64,000 nt of DNA from the human T2T-CHM13v2.0 reference genome, Homo sapiens. Of this stretch, positions 36,860 to 51,235 are shown piece after piece; within the stretch, counting starts at the first letter, position 1; each line of letters opens with the position of its first letter. The position numbers were made by a program, and so were the translations under genes. The notes under the pieces are model-generated. The model saw only the letters and a list, made by a program, of their open reading frames with translations. It was not told the origin of the DNA and did not search any database. Location: assembly GCF_009914755.1 (NCBI RefSeq), contig NC_060928.1. The stretch is one strand, 5' to 3'.

Positions 36860-38265
36860 GTGTTTCCTCAGTCTTTCCTCTCCTTCTTTTTTGAGCTATT
36901 GCCATCACACGTTCACTCCTGCCACTAAACTGAAACGGTCCTGTGAAGATCGCCAGTGATCCCCATGCTGTTGTGTCAGTTGCCAGCCCTGGTCTACCTA
37001 GGTCTGTCTGTGGCAGTTGACAGAAGTGGTCGCTTCCTCTCCCTTCACACACTTCCATCACTTGTCTTCTAGGGCACCACCTTCCAGGCCTTCTCTCTGG
37101 CCTCCCCTTCTCTGTCTCCCTTACTGGGTCCTCTCTGTCTCAACACCCTGTTTAACATGGGAGTGTGCCACAGTCCATGCCTTGGATCTTTTTTCTCTGC
37201 CTATACTTATCCCTTGGTGATTGTATCTAGTCTTATGGTTTTAAACACCTCTATGTGACTCCCAAATCTGTATTTCCAGTCTAAACTTCCTCTTGAAACT
37301 CTAAGCTTATATTTCCAGCTGCCTTCTTGACATCTCCACTTAGGGACTCATAGTCATCTCAAAGCTAACATGTCTAAGGTGGAAGCTCTGATCTTCCTCC
37401 CGCCATACTTGTTCCTCCCACAGTACTGCCATTTCAGTTAATGATAGTTGTAGCCTTCCACCCGCTTAGGCTAAAAACGTTAGCATTATCCATGATTTCT
37501 CTTTCATACCCACAGCCAGTCTGTCAGTGTATGAGGTAGGTTCTACATTCAACTTATATCCAGAATATATCCAGCTACCTCCACCACTACCACGGTGTCC
37601 AAACCACCATCACCTCACACTTGAATTACTGTAATGACCTCCTAATTTCTCTGCCAGCCTCTGCCCCTGCCCTCTGCACTCTATTCTTAACACAGCAATT
37701 GGAGTGATCTTGTTAAAACCCATCATAACCCAAGTAAAAACCTAAGCCCTTCCGGTGGCCCACAAGTCCGTGTACTATCTGGGGCTCAGACCATGCTTTC
37801 TGACTTCGACTTACTACTCTCTCTTCATTCCCTCTGCTCTGATCAAACCGGCCCCTTCACTTTCCTGGAACATACCAGCACCATGTTGACTTCAGGCCTT
37901 TACACTGGCTGTTCCTTTACCTTAGAATGCTTTTCTCTAAATAGCTCTGTGGCTGGTTCCTTATCTCCATCTAGTCTACCCACAGTTTGCCATCTCAACA
38001 ATGCTTTCTCTCACTGCTCTATTTCACACTATTTCTCCTGGAACTCTCTATCCCTCACCCGGCTCTGCTTTTCTCCATAGCATTGATCACTTAACAGTAC
38101 TATATAGTTTTCCTATTTATCTCTGTCTTACTGTCTTTCTCCTCTACTAGAAAGTTAGCTCCACAGGGGCAAGGATTTTTGTTTGTGTTATTGTATCCCA
38201 AAGCCTAGAACAGTGCCTGTCTGGCAGGTGGTAGGTGCTCAATAAGTATGAATCAATGAGTGAAT
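36860..38265 (-). mobile_element. L2 element 3' region
   Basis: Pyrimidine-rich L2-like sequence ending cctagaacagtgcctg...gtaggtgctcaataagtatgaatcaatgagtgaat. Confidence 0.75.
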
Positions 38266-38735
38266 TGCAGGTGGTAGTATTACCTCATTTTACGGATGAA
38301 AAATTTAAGACTTTAAGTAATTTGCCCAGGTTCATACAGCAGTAAGTGACAGAACTGGGATTCACCTCTAAGTCTGTCTGTTTCTAGAGTCCTTTAAACT
38401 ATTTAGGCAATATCGCTTGTAGAAGAATGGGCAGAAGTATCAAGTTCATGGTAACCTGCAGTATTTATTTATTTGTGTTTATAACTAAGTTGGCCTCATT
38501 TTTTGTTGAATTTTCAATTTCCATACAATCCAGTTAGAGTGACTTTACTTACTGGCCACAGACTAAATTACTAAGACAAGCTTTTACTTTAAAGGGGAGC
38601 CATTCAAGCATCTGGGGAAATTATTCTCATCAAAACCATGTGGTATTAGTATCAAATAGATGTTTGGAAACATAGCACATTTGTATAGGATTGTTAATAT
38701 AGTTGTTACAGTCATTGCATCTTCTTCTAATATAG

Positions 38736-38853
38736 TTACTAAAGCTCAAGCAGTTGTTTACTGCACATGTTCAGTTTTTCCAGAAGAAAATGAAGCTGTT
38801 GTTAAGAAAGCACTGGAATTTCAAGACCTTGGGAATAAAGGACAACCTTACAG
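38736..38853 (+). CDS. NSUN7: NSUN7 coding exon (about exon 10) with motif VI VVYCTCSVFPEENE
   Basis: tatag acceptor and gtaaga donor; 118 nt; YxTCS...EENE signature of the RsmB/NOP2 family. Confidence 0.96.
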
Positions 38854-38998
38854 GTAAGAAAAGGAAGGATTCTTCTAAACAACTCAAACAAATATTTTTT
38901 AAAAGGAAAAATATTATTTTCTAAGTTGTATAAAGACATTCTACTTTTTAAAATTATACTTTAGTATGATAAAATTGCCTGACTTCTTACAAATTTAA

Positions 38999-39465
<467 letters not shown>

Positions 39466-40288
39466 GAATATGATATGGCAAACGTGGAGGAATATTGATT
39501 TTATTTTAGGCAAGCCATGATTAATGATTAATCTATAGCATAAAAGACACAAGTAATATAAAGACAGAATCCATAATTCTATATTGGTTTGAGATTTGAG
39601 CTCAAATTGGAGAGTACATATATTGAAGATGTTTATAACTACTTGTTGGGGATGCTGCCAAAAGAAATTATGCATTACCTAGGGAATTATACCAAGAATC
39701 ACTTCTTAGTACCCCAAAGTGGTAGAATTTAGAGTTGAAAGCAATATTACATGTCATTTAATCTCATCACCTACCTGTTGCTTGTATTTCTTTTTAATAT
39801 CCCAGAAATATTCAGCTCATTTTGGACTTCAGCTGTCATGATAAAATTTGCAAATTTGTAATTTTTTTTGTTCCCCATTGTAAAAATTTCACATTACAGA
39901 AGTACTAACTTAAAACAAAAGCCTTTTTCCAAATGGCATCCTCTTATATATAATTGTTCTTAACAATTTGATTTATAGTCTTCTAGATTTTTCCACCACC
40001 ATAGAATGTGCATATTTTAAGATTTAATCGATATTGTCAAATTACTACCAAGACATTCACTCTTATAAACCTGTTTTCCCACAGCTTCAGAAATGCTGAG
40101 CTTCATCAGACTTAAAATCTTTACTCACTTGTGGGGTGAAAACATGAGATGTCGTTACTGATTGTATTTTCATTTCTCTATTACTGAGGTTGAGTATGCT
40201 TCCTGTTTACTGACTGGTCAGTGTACTGTGGAGTGGTTAAAAGTAGGGATTCTAGAGCAGTGGTTGTCAAACATTTTTGCTCAAATAA

Positions 40289-40609
<321 letters not shown>

Positions 40610-40944
40610 TAACTATATATCTTGTTCTTTATTTTAGACTTAATGTCTAACATTTTCATCGTAAGTTTAAATAGCTGCAAAATATATTATTTCTGGAATA
40701 TTATATTACATATGTGTTTTAAACATATTTCTGTTAAATGTTTGGACCTGCAGATTTATTTATCTTATTTGATTTATGGAAAAATGCTAAATTTGTTACC
40801 TATTTTATATAACCAGTTCTCATTGTCAAAACCAAATTTACCTTGTCAGAAAAGGTCTGACTTTATTCTTTAATTCAAATAATCATTAATATTCTTTTGT
40901 GATTTTCTTCTAAATTTGAATTCTAAGATAGATATATAGAAATA

Positions 40945-41042
40945 AGGAAGGGAAAGGGAGGGAGGGAAGAAGTGAGTGTAGGAGGAGAGGAAGGGAGAAA
41001 GGGAGGGAGGAAAGAAGGGAGGGAGGGAGGGATGGAGGAAGG
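40945..41042. repeat. GA-rich polypurine tract (GGGA/GGAA)n
   Basis: About 100 bp, almost all purine. Confidence 0.85.
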
Positions 41043-41523
41043 TTTGCTGAGTTTGATACCCTCTTTAAGATTTCTTACCTAAACTCTTGCATTGCCATGG
41101 GAGAAGAGGGCCACATTCCTGAGTTGTCCCTTTGTTGGCATCCTGGAGATGTTAACATCCCAGGACAATGGACTATAACAAGGTAGTGACAGTTATACCT
41201 TTTTTGTTAAGTGGGAGAAGGGTATTGTGAATGGTGAAGTGGCTGTAAAAGGTGGCTGTGAAATACAGTTAATGATATTACCTACATCATTAGATCCTTG
41301 TGGAGATTGAATATATTAACACACGAGCAGTATCTGGCATATAATAAATGTTCAATAATTTTAAATTGTTATAGTTGTTATTATTTATTTATAAATTTCA
41401 TGTTCATGTACTTTCCCACTGTTTTCAACTGGATTATTCTTTTTCTTCTTTTCACATGTCTTATTATATATTAGGAAGAGTTGCTGTTTTCATATGAATT
41501 ACAGATATTTTTCAGATTGTTTA

Positions 41524-41883
<360 letters not shown>

Positions 41884-42735
41884 GTAATCGCTTTACAGCA
41901 ATTTCTGTGTAGACATTTGTATCAATGTTTTCCTTATGGATTCTACATTTTGTGTTATGTGAATTCCTAGCTTATGAATGCTTTGATCAGTTTTCTTATA
42001 GTACTTTCATAATTTCATCTTTTTTATATTTAAATAATTGAGTTTTCTGCTGTTTATTTTGGTAAGAGAGTCAAGTATGGATCAAGGTTTATTTTTTCCC
42101 CAAATAATCTTTCCTTGGCCCCCGTTCCCCTTTGGTTTAAAATGCCATCTTTTAAAATTACGTTTTAAGCCCATATATACTGTGTGGATCTGTAATTCTA
42201 TTCCATTGACGTTTGGCTCTTTCTATACTAATATGACAATGCTATAACCACTGTAGTTTTGAGTGGGTTTCTTCTCAAATTTTATATTTTTTTTTGTTAC
42301 ATAAACCCCACCCACAATCCAAAGATGCATAATGAAATGGTTAACAATTTCCTTCCTACATCTTGCCACTTCTAGTCCTAAAATATCCCATTAAAGGGAT
42401 GAAGTAGGGTTCTGGAGGTCCCTTGATGAGCTAGGTCCCTTTTTATTATGTGATGGTCTGGAGGGACCCTTGGAGAGCTGGGGTAGCAAGTAGGAGTAAG
42501 CCCAGAAATTTTGATATTTTTACTGCTGATACAGCCACACCAGCATGTACCAGCTGAATAGCAACTACATGGATGTGTATGTTTGTTTGTTTGTTTTTTT
42601 GTATCACACCATAAACTTTTTTATTGAAACCTACAGTAGGAAATACATTTTATATCACAACTCAGAACACAATTACATATATTGCATGAAAAAGTAAGTA
42701 CCTTTTACCCTGACACTTTGTACTGCATTCTATTC

Positions 42736-43515
42736 TTTTTTTTTTTTTTTTTTAATTAAACTTCAAGTTTCAGGGTACATGTGCACAATGTGCAGGTTAG
42801 TTACATATGTATACATGTGCCATGCTGGTGTGCTGCACCCATTAACTTGTCATTTAGCATTAGGTATATCTCGTGCTAACCCTCCCCCCTCCCCCCACCC
42901 CACAACAGTCCCTAGAGTGTGATGTTCCCCTTCCTGTGTCCATGTGTTCTCATTGTTCAATTCCCATCTATGAGTGAGAACACGCGGTGTTTGGTTTTTT
43001 GTCCTTGTGATAGTTTACTGAGAATGATGATTTCCAATTTCATCCATGTCCCTACAAAGGACATGAACTCATCATTTTTTATGGCTGTATAGTATTCCAT
43101 GGTGTATATGTGCCACATTTTCTTAATCCAGTCTATCATTGTTGGACATTTGGGTTGGTTCCAAGTCTTTGCTATTGTGACTAGTGCTGCAATAAACATA
43201 CGTGTGCATGTGTCTTTATAACAGCATGATTTATAGTCCTTTGGGTATATACCCAGTAATGGGATGGCTGGGTCAAATGGTATTTTTAGTTCTAGATCCC
43301 TGAGGAATCACCACACTGACTTCCACAATGGTTGAACTAGTTTACAGTCCCACCGACAGTGTTAAAGTGTTCCTATTTCTCCACATCCTCTCCAGCACCT
43401 GTTGTTTCCTGACTTTTTAATGATCGCCATTCTAACTGGTGTGAGATGGTATCTCATTGTGGTTTTGATTTGCATTTCTCTGATGGCCAGTGATGATGAG
43501 CTTTTTTTCATGTGT
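42736..43515 (-). mobile_element. L1PA3-like 3' fragment (~780 bp)
   Basis: Poly(T) tract, L1 3' UTR and ORF2 C-terminus; colinear with about 4030-4795; no TSD seen. Confidence 0.93.
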
Positions 43516-44106
43516 ATGTTTATATTATGTTATAGATATACATCAAGTATAGGTAACTATTCCTATTTTAATAAGCTTTTTGAGATGTAATTCACATACT
43601 ATGCAATTCACCATTTTAAAGTGTACAATTCAGTGCCTTAAAATATTAATACATTCACGAAGTTGTACAACAATCACCATTAACTTTTGTATATGATAAG
43701 AGTTAGGAGTCCAAATTCCTTCTTTGCGTGTGGTCATCCAGTTCTCCCAGCAACACTTGTGGAAAAGATTATTCTCCCCTATTGAATGGTCTTGGCACCC
43801 TTGTTGAAAATCAGTTAGTTAATCCCAGCCTGGGCAACATAGAGAGACCCCATCTCCACAAAAAATCAGCCAGGTGTGGTGGTGCCTACCTGTAGTCCTA
43901 GCTACTCAGGAGGTCAAGGCTGTAGTGAGCTGTGATTGGGAGACAGAGCAAAAGCCTGTCTAAAACAAAAAGAAAGAAAATAGAAAACCCACTAATCATA
44001 GATGCATGGGCTTATTTCTGGACTCTCATTCTATTCTCATTCTATCCGTTGATTTATATGTCTATACTTAAGCCAACAGCACAATAAGAGGTTTTCAAAA
44101 TCACTA

Positions 44107-44407
<301 letters not shown>

Positions 44408-45088
44408 CACTAATGGATGCCTAGTTTTATGAAAAGCCTTTGCAGCATTTAATGATATGATCAGATATTATTTCTCATCTGACATTTTAACATGGTAGTG
44501 AATTACATTTAGTAATTACATTTTCCAATTTTCTATTAGAAAATTACATTTTCTAATAGTGAACAGTCTTTGAGCTTGAGGTCTAGGTTGTGTTCTGTGT
44601 TTTGATTTTCTGTTACCTAGTAAGAGTGGAGGGCACGAAGGTGAGCAGTGCATGAGAGGTCTTAGTGTGCACGCACCAGAGTACATGCTTCTCTGGTCTT
44701 AGTACTCATTATGGTCATCAGTATCTGCACATGCCTGGCTTCTGGTGGTTAATTTGCTCACCTGGTCTCTCTTGTTTCAGGATCCTATTATTTTCATTGC
44801 TGTCAATGAGCCCAGTTGTGTCACTGCATCCCCTACTGTCAGCCCTGGCCTGCAGAGGAAAACCACCACCAAACCTCTCAGTGCTGTGGTGCCCCTCTCA
44901 CCAGGCCATTCCTTGCTGCTTGATAGTGGGTGTACTTTTGGGACCCTCCTCTCAACATAGCCTTCTGGTGGGTTTTCCAGCCTTAATAGTGTTATCCACG
45001 GCAGCGAGCTCACTTCTCTGTCCTCTTGTTCCTTCTTCTACTGCTTGCCATCTGCAGCCTGGCATTGCTTCCTCACCAAGTGTGAGCC

Positions 45089-45790
45089 ATTGTGTGTTTG
45101 TTTTCTTTTTAAGAAATTACCTCAAACTTAGTGGCTAAAAACATCTATTACTTAGGTCACATAAGTCAGATATATCTGGCATGGCACAGCCAGGTTCTCT
45201 GCTCAGGATATGAGCTAGGCTGAAGTCTCTGGAGGCTCTGGGAACAGTTTACTTCCAAACCCACGCTTGTGTTTGCGGGACTGAGGTCCTCGTCTCCTTG
45301 CTGCTGTCACTTGACTGCTTTCCACTCCTAGAGGCCACTTTATTCCTTGTCCCGAGTTCCCCAATCTGTGCACCTGCAGTAGCTGTCATAGCATCTTGTG
45401 TTTTGAATCTCTGACTTCTTCCATGTCTGACCTCTAGACCCTGATTTCAAAGGTCATGTGATTAGGTCAGATCCACCCAGATAATATCCCTATCTTCGGG
45501 GTAACTAACGTGGGACCTATCCTACATCTGCAAAATCCCCTTTGTCATGTGTGTTAGTTTCCTGGGCTGCTGAAAGAAATTCCTCCAAACTTGGTGGCTT
45601 ATGATAACAAACATTTATTCTCTCATAGTTCCGGAGGCTGGGAGTCCTAAACCAAGGCATTGGCAAGGTGCTGGCCGGTTGGATTCCTCCTGGGGCCTGT
45701 GCTGGAGAGGCCTGTCCCCTGCGCTCTCCCAGCTTGTGGTGGTTGCTGGCTGTCCTTGCTGTTCTTTGGCTTGTAGCTGTGTCACATGGA
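45089..45790 (-). mobile_element. Two adjacent MLT1 (MaLR) LTR segments
   Basis: Two 'aaatt-c--caaactt-gtggct' MLT1 ends starting near 45089 and 45549. Confidence 0.65.
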
Positions 45791-45794
45791 CACT

Positions 45795-46248
45795 ATTATT
45801 ATTATTATTATTGAGATGGAGTCTTGCTCTGTCACCCAGGATGGAGTACAGTGGTGTGATCTCAGCTAATTGCAACCACCACCTCCTGGGTTCAAGTGAT
45901 TCTCCTGCCTCAGACTCCCAAGCAGCTGAGATTAAAGGCACCTGCCACCACACCTGGCTAATTTTTGTTTTTTTGAGCCAGAATTTCACTTTTGTTGCCC
46001 AGGCCGGAGTGCAATGGTGCAATCTTGGCTTGAACCTCTCAGGTTCAAGCAATTCTCTTGCCTCAGCCTCCCGAGTAGCTGGGATTACAGGAGTCTGCCA
46101 CCACACCCGGCTAATTTTTGCATTTTTAGCAGAGACGGGGTTTCACCATGTTGGCCAGGCTGGTCTCGAACTCCTGGCCTCAAGTGATTTGCCTGCCTCG
46201 GCCTCCCAAAGTGCTGGGATTACAGGCGTAAGCCACGGCACCTGGCCA
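45795..46248 (-). mobile_element. Composite Alu (right arm fused to a full Alu)
   Basis: Three Alu arms in series. Confidence 0.85.
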
Positions 46249-47013
46249 GGACACAATGATTAATAAAAGATTTCCTGATAGTTTAACTCATGTGGAATAG
46301 TGTTTAATTGCTTTAACTTATTATTAAATATATTTTAATAATATAAGCCTGGAAATAGAATCATTTATTATTCATGATGAACCACTTACTAAGAAATGAT
46401 AAATTCATATTAAACATAAAAACTGAAATTTTCATTTTAAATCTATTCATGATTTGAGATTTTTCTGACACAAAGTCTTTGTTATGTACTTTCTTGAACA
46501 CTATGTAACTCATCTATTAATCCTCAAAAAGTGACTGGGAAGAATAATGTAATTAAAGTGATAGGCTATATTTTTATATTGTAATTGTGCAAAAAGTAAC
46601 CAAAAGAAAACGTTTTCTCCTTTGTATTTTGAAAATGGTAGAAATATAGGACATTTTGGATAACTGTGATTAATGTACATATTTACCTGCTTTGATAATG
46701 GGAAGCTTTTACTAACATATTAGTGACTTTGGGAAGGTCAGTTTTTAGTTTGTTAAACATTTGTTATTCTTGGCATAGTTGGTTAAAGATGGAGAATCTG
46801 GGATTTATAATAAATTATGAATATAAAATATTAGAGCTTTTAACTTATAATAGTATTTAGGGAAAGGCTGCTTCAGAATTGTGTTCTTGATTGGAATTTC
46901 TGTTTAAACGATTGGTAAAGTATACTAGAAAAAAATGTAGTGTAATTTACTTTCTTCCTCTCTTGGCAAAGAAGCCATTCTAACTGCTGAATGCTTGTTC
47001 CTGTCTGCTGCAG

Positions 47014-47137
47014 GCTTAGTCCTCCTGTTCTTCCACTGTGCTCCTTAAAGGAAATTCAATTGTCTACTGATAAATTTTTCAGAATGGAACCATCTGAAAT
47101 TACCAATGGTTGTTTTCTTTCTATTTTAACAAGGGAG
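47014..47137 (+). CDS. NSUN7: NSUN7 coding exon (about exon 11): LSPPVLPLC...TNGCFLSILTRE
   Basis: ctgcag acceptor and gtaagg donor; 124 nt; NGCF resembles the family DGFF motif. Confidence 0.95.
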
Positions 47138-47302
47138 GTAAGGAAAAAAATCCTAATCCATGTCATACTTTGGAATTAATAAACTACAAAGCCTCATAAG
47201 AGGAAGCCAGGAACTTTGCACATTCTGTAAAGATGTGTTTGCATTTCACAAACACATTTCAGCTGAAGGGCAGGAACAAGAATTGGCAAATAAGCCCTGT
47301 TC

Positions 47303-48005
47303 TTTTTTTTTTTTTTTGAGACGGAGTCTTGCTCTGTAGCCCAGGCTGGAGTGCAGTGGCGTGATCTCGGCTCATTGCAACCTCCGCCTCCCAGGTTCAA
47401 GCAATTCTCTGACTCAGCCTCAACCTAGTAGCTGGGATTACAGGCGTCCACCACCATGCCCGGCTAATTTTTTTATTTTTAGTAGAGACGGGGTTTCACC
47501 ATCTTGGCCAGGCTGGTCTTGAACTCGACTTCATGATCCACTTGCCTCGGCCTCACAAAGTGCTGGGATTACAGGTGTTAACCACCGCACCCGGCCAGCC
47601 CTGTTCTTTATACTTCCCCCGAGTGTTCCTCTTCTGCCTGGCTGCCACCCCCACCTCCCCAAGCATTTTGTAACATCTAGTGCATCTTCCCTCATATGTA
47701 AGAAATAAGCAGCCAGGCATGGGGGCTCACGCCTGTAAGCCCAGCACTTTGGGAGGCTGACGTGGGTGGATCACCTGAGGTCAGGAGTTCGAGACCAGCC
47801 TGGCCAACATGGTTCACTCCATCTCTACTAAAATACAAAAATCAGCTGGGTGTGGTGGCACATGCCTATAATCCCAGCTACTCAGAAGGCTGAGGCAGGA
47901 GAACTGCTTGAACTTGGGAGGTGGAGGTTGCAGTGAGCTGAGATCGCACCAGCCTGGGCGACAAAGCAAGACTCCATCTCAAAAAAAAAAAAAAAAAAAA
48001 AAAAA
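47303..48005. mobile_element. Head-to-head Alu pair: antisense 47303-47596, sense 47712-48005
   Basis: Two full dimers in the last NSUN7 intron. Confidence 0.9.
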
Positions 48006-48257
48006 TCTGTGTGATTCTTTTTTTCTATCAGGTATCAGGTTCATAAATGGGGAAGTTTAAGTTTTTTTTTGTTTGTTTTTTTAAAAAGGCATTCGCTGAG
48101 GCTTATGAGATTGGGGACTAAGGCCTAAAAACTATTTCTTATTTCTTTTAGTATAATAAAGAGAGTCTTTTTATTTTTACTGATACATTGATAAATATTT
48201 GCGGGAGACACAATAATAGCTAACTCCCACATTTAGTAAATGCTTCTTTAATTGCAG

Positions 48258-48890
48258 CGGGACCCTTCTGAGACAGTGTCTGTGAATGATGTTTTGGCCC
48301 GAGCTGCAGCCAAGGGTCTGCTGGATGGGATTGAGTTGGGTAAATCATCAAAACGGGAGAAGAAGAAGAAAAAATCAAAAACATCATTGACAAAAGGTGC
48401 CACTACTGATAATGGCATCCAAATGAAAATTGCTGAGTTCCTGAATCGAGAAACTAAAGCCAGTGCTAATCTATCAGAGACTGTAACAAAACCACCTCTT
48501 CCCCAGAAAAATACTGCTCAAGTGGGGGCTTCCTCACAGACCAGAAAACCCAACAAGCTGGCCCCCCATCCTGCAGTGCCTGCATTTGTGAAGAACACTT
48601 GTCCCTCCAGACCGCGTGAACGGCAGACACACTTCTTAAGACCTCGGCCAGAAGACAGAATGGTTGCTCTGAAACCCATCGAGATTGTTCTGCCTCCAGT
48701 CTTTATGCCATTTTCAAGTCCCCAAGGGATCAGATCTCGGATGCCAACTCAACATTTGTACTGTCGTTGGGTTGCACCCAAGGCACTTGTGCCCACCTGC
48801 CTTCCCACACACTCACTATCCAGAAAAGAGGAAAAGCCTAAAGATGACACACCTTCCTCCCTACTCAGGCCTCCTCGGCGATGGCTTTGA
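48258..48890 (+). CDS. NSUN7: NSUN7 last coding exon: basic and proline-rich C-terminal extension ending ...PPRRWL*
   Basis: ttgcag acceptor; 211 codons including TGA; ORF 48252-48890. Confidence 0.96.
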   Translation, partial: RDPSETVSVNDVLARAAAKGLLDGIELGKSSKREKKKKKSKTSLTKGATTDNGIQMKIAEFLNRETKASANLSETVTKPPLPQKNTAQVGASSQTRKPNKLAPHPAVPAFVKNTCPSRPRERQTHFLRPRPEDRMVALKPIEIVLPPVFMPFSSPQGIRSRMPTQHLYCRWVAPKALVPTCLPTHSLSRKEEKPKDDTPSSLLRPPRRWL

Positions 48891-49940
48891 TTGTCTTGTG
48901 TTTTTTATAGGGGCCAAAGAGCAGTTGATTTTTTTTCAAAGTCTAGTATTTCTCTGAAGATTCTACATCTCTACACAAGATATTCATTCTTTTGGTCACC
49001 TAGGGATCTTCTAAGTGTGATATTACTTTCAGAGAATTCAGACAAGTGAGAAACAATAATGTAGGAGTCAGCAAAGCAGAATTCAGAGACTTCAGCCAAT
49101 CACTGCTGCTCTGAGAGGATCCAGTTAGAGACTCAGTATCAGCGGTCAGAACTTATCTCACTCCTGTGAACTTTCAGGCTGGACTTAAAGCTGCCAAGTT
49201 TCCCCTGCAGGGAAGGAAACACTGCCTCCCTTCAGCAGGTAGCTCATTAGAAAGCCAAACAGGCAAACGATCCTGGCCTCTCCCGCCAGCTGACCGCTCT
49301 TCAGCATCCATGCGGTTGTAGTCGTGACTTTCTCAGTCACGATCAAGGGTGATTTTTTCTTAAATATCAAGCTGTTCTTTGAACAGGGAATGAACATGAG
49401 TTTTTGTAACGTGACTGAAGTTGAGTTTAAGTAGGAAGCGCAGGAAGTTCCCAAGTGCCAGGTGTGTGTAGCTCAGAGTTCCTTTTACAGTGAGGTGTCT
49501 CTCACTGGGGGAGCTTCCAGGATCCTGAGCAGACTGGACACAATCATCTCTCCCTTCCTCTATGTCAAGCACTGTTACAAAAGACTGTGAGCAAATTTCC
49601 ATCTAAATATTAATAATTCTGAAGAAGAGGCAAAACTGTTGAATGCAAGCGATACCTATTGTTGAAGAAACCCACAAATTTCTGATTCTAAGATCAGGGG
49701 ATACAACAAAATCTACAAGTCATTTCAAATAGCACACAGGAATCAAACTTTGGTAAATCATTTCTGAGGCACAATTAAATATATTGTAGCACTATGTTAA
49801 TTAATTATATTAAATGTCGATTCATCTTGAATGTATTCTCAATTGCCTACCAAAAATTGGTATGATTATCATTTCTGGGTCTACTGATTTTTCATCATGG
49901 CAACAGAAATTGTCATTAAATAGAATTAAGATACAACTAT
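48891..49940 (+). other. NSUN7: NSUN7 3' UTR (end approximate)
   Basis: Follows the TGA; ATTAAA hexamers at 49774, 49809 and 49915. Confidence 0.65.
49915..49920 (+). terminator. Probable NSUN7 poly(A) signal ATTAAA
   Basis: Variant hexamer followed by T-rich sequence; consistent with a ~1 kb UTR. Confidence 0.55.
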
Positions 49941-49996
49941 ATATCTTATTATTTAAAAACATTCATAGACATATTCATAAAGTTTGAATTTAAAGT

Positions 49997-50002
49997 TTTA
50001 TT
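49997..50002 (-). terminator. Probable distal APBB2 poly(A) signal AATAAA
   Basis: tttatt on the + strand; consistent with recalled tail-to-tail gene ends. Confidence 0.6.
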
Positions 50003-50222
50003 TTTGCAATTCAGTTGTATAGAAATGTTACATAAATTCCTAAATGCTCAATTCAGGTGGCATGATTTTTAGAATATTATCTTCTTCAAGATGAATACTT
50101 AGGTCTACTTCAGCTCTGATATTCTATTTTTACTTTCTTACTTGAAGTGAGAAAAGAGAATGGTGAATTGTATTATAGCGGTAATACATTATTTTTATTT
50201 TAGCTTAGATTTACATTTATCA

Positions 50223-50555
<333 letters not shown>

Positions 50556-51235
50556 TCAATGAAGAAAGGAAACAAGACTTTTTATAGTTGAACCAGGCTT
50601 ATTGTATTTTAAATCCCTGAAGAAGAATTCTTCATGTTATCACTCTTGTACAGAAAGATATAAAGTGCTCAGCTTATTTTGCTGATTTTGAAAATCAAAC
50701 ACTATCTCCTTGCCCTAAAATTATAGCGTGTGGCTCATCCTCTTATCCCACCCAGATTTCTATCTGGTTGGTTAGGGTAGTCCATGCCTCAAGGAAGGCG
50801 GTGCAGCTTAATTTAACATATTGTTCAGTAAAGAATCCCATTGTGTATCATAAGAATCCCTTATCCTTTTCGGGCCCTCCACCATACCAGACTGAAAAGT
50901 ATTCCATTGTCCAGAAGTAGCTGGTCTTGAGATTTTTATTTTCAAGTGTATTTTCTGTGATGTTGTCTCATTGTTATGGAATAGTTTAGGATAATTTTCT
51001 GATCTCTACAGTAGCATGTGAAGTCACAATTTGTTGCCACTTACATTGATTATCTCCTAACATGCATTTGGCACTAAATTATTTTTCTCTTTAGAAGTAT
51101 ATGAAGATTCTGAATTAAACCATTCATTAATTACACTGCAGTTTTCTTCTTTGAGAATCTTCTATGAAGGACAGGATTATTTAAATACTTTGGTAGAGTG
51201 AAAAGGGAAAAGAATTTTGGATAAAAGCAATATGA

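Noticed and set aside
44665-45138. 157-aa Cys/Leu/Ser-rich ORF
   Set aside because: GTG start, no recognisable domain, runs into an LTR; consistent with a chance ORF.
45601-46263. 220-aa ORF and overlapping 163-aa antisense ORF
   Set aside because: Made of MLT1 and Alu sequence; typical Alu translation ([24 protein letters not shown]).
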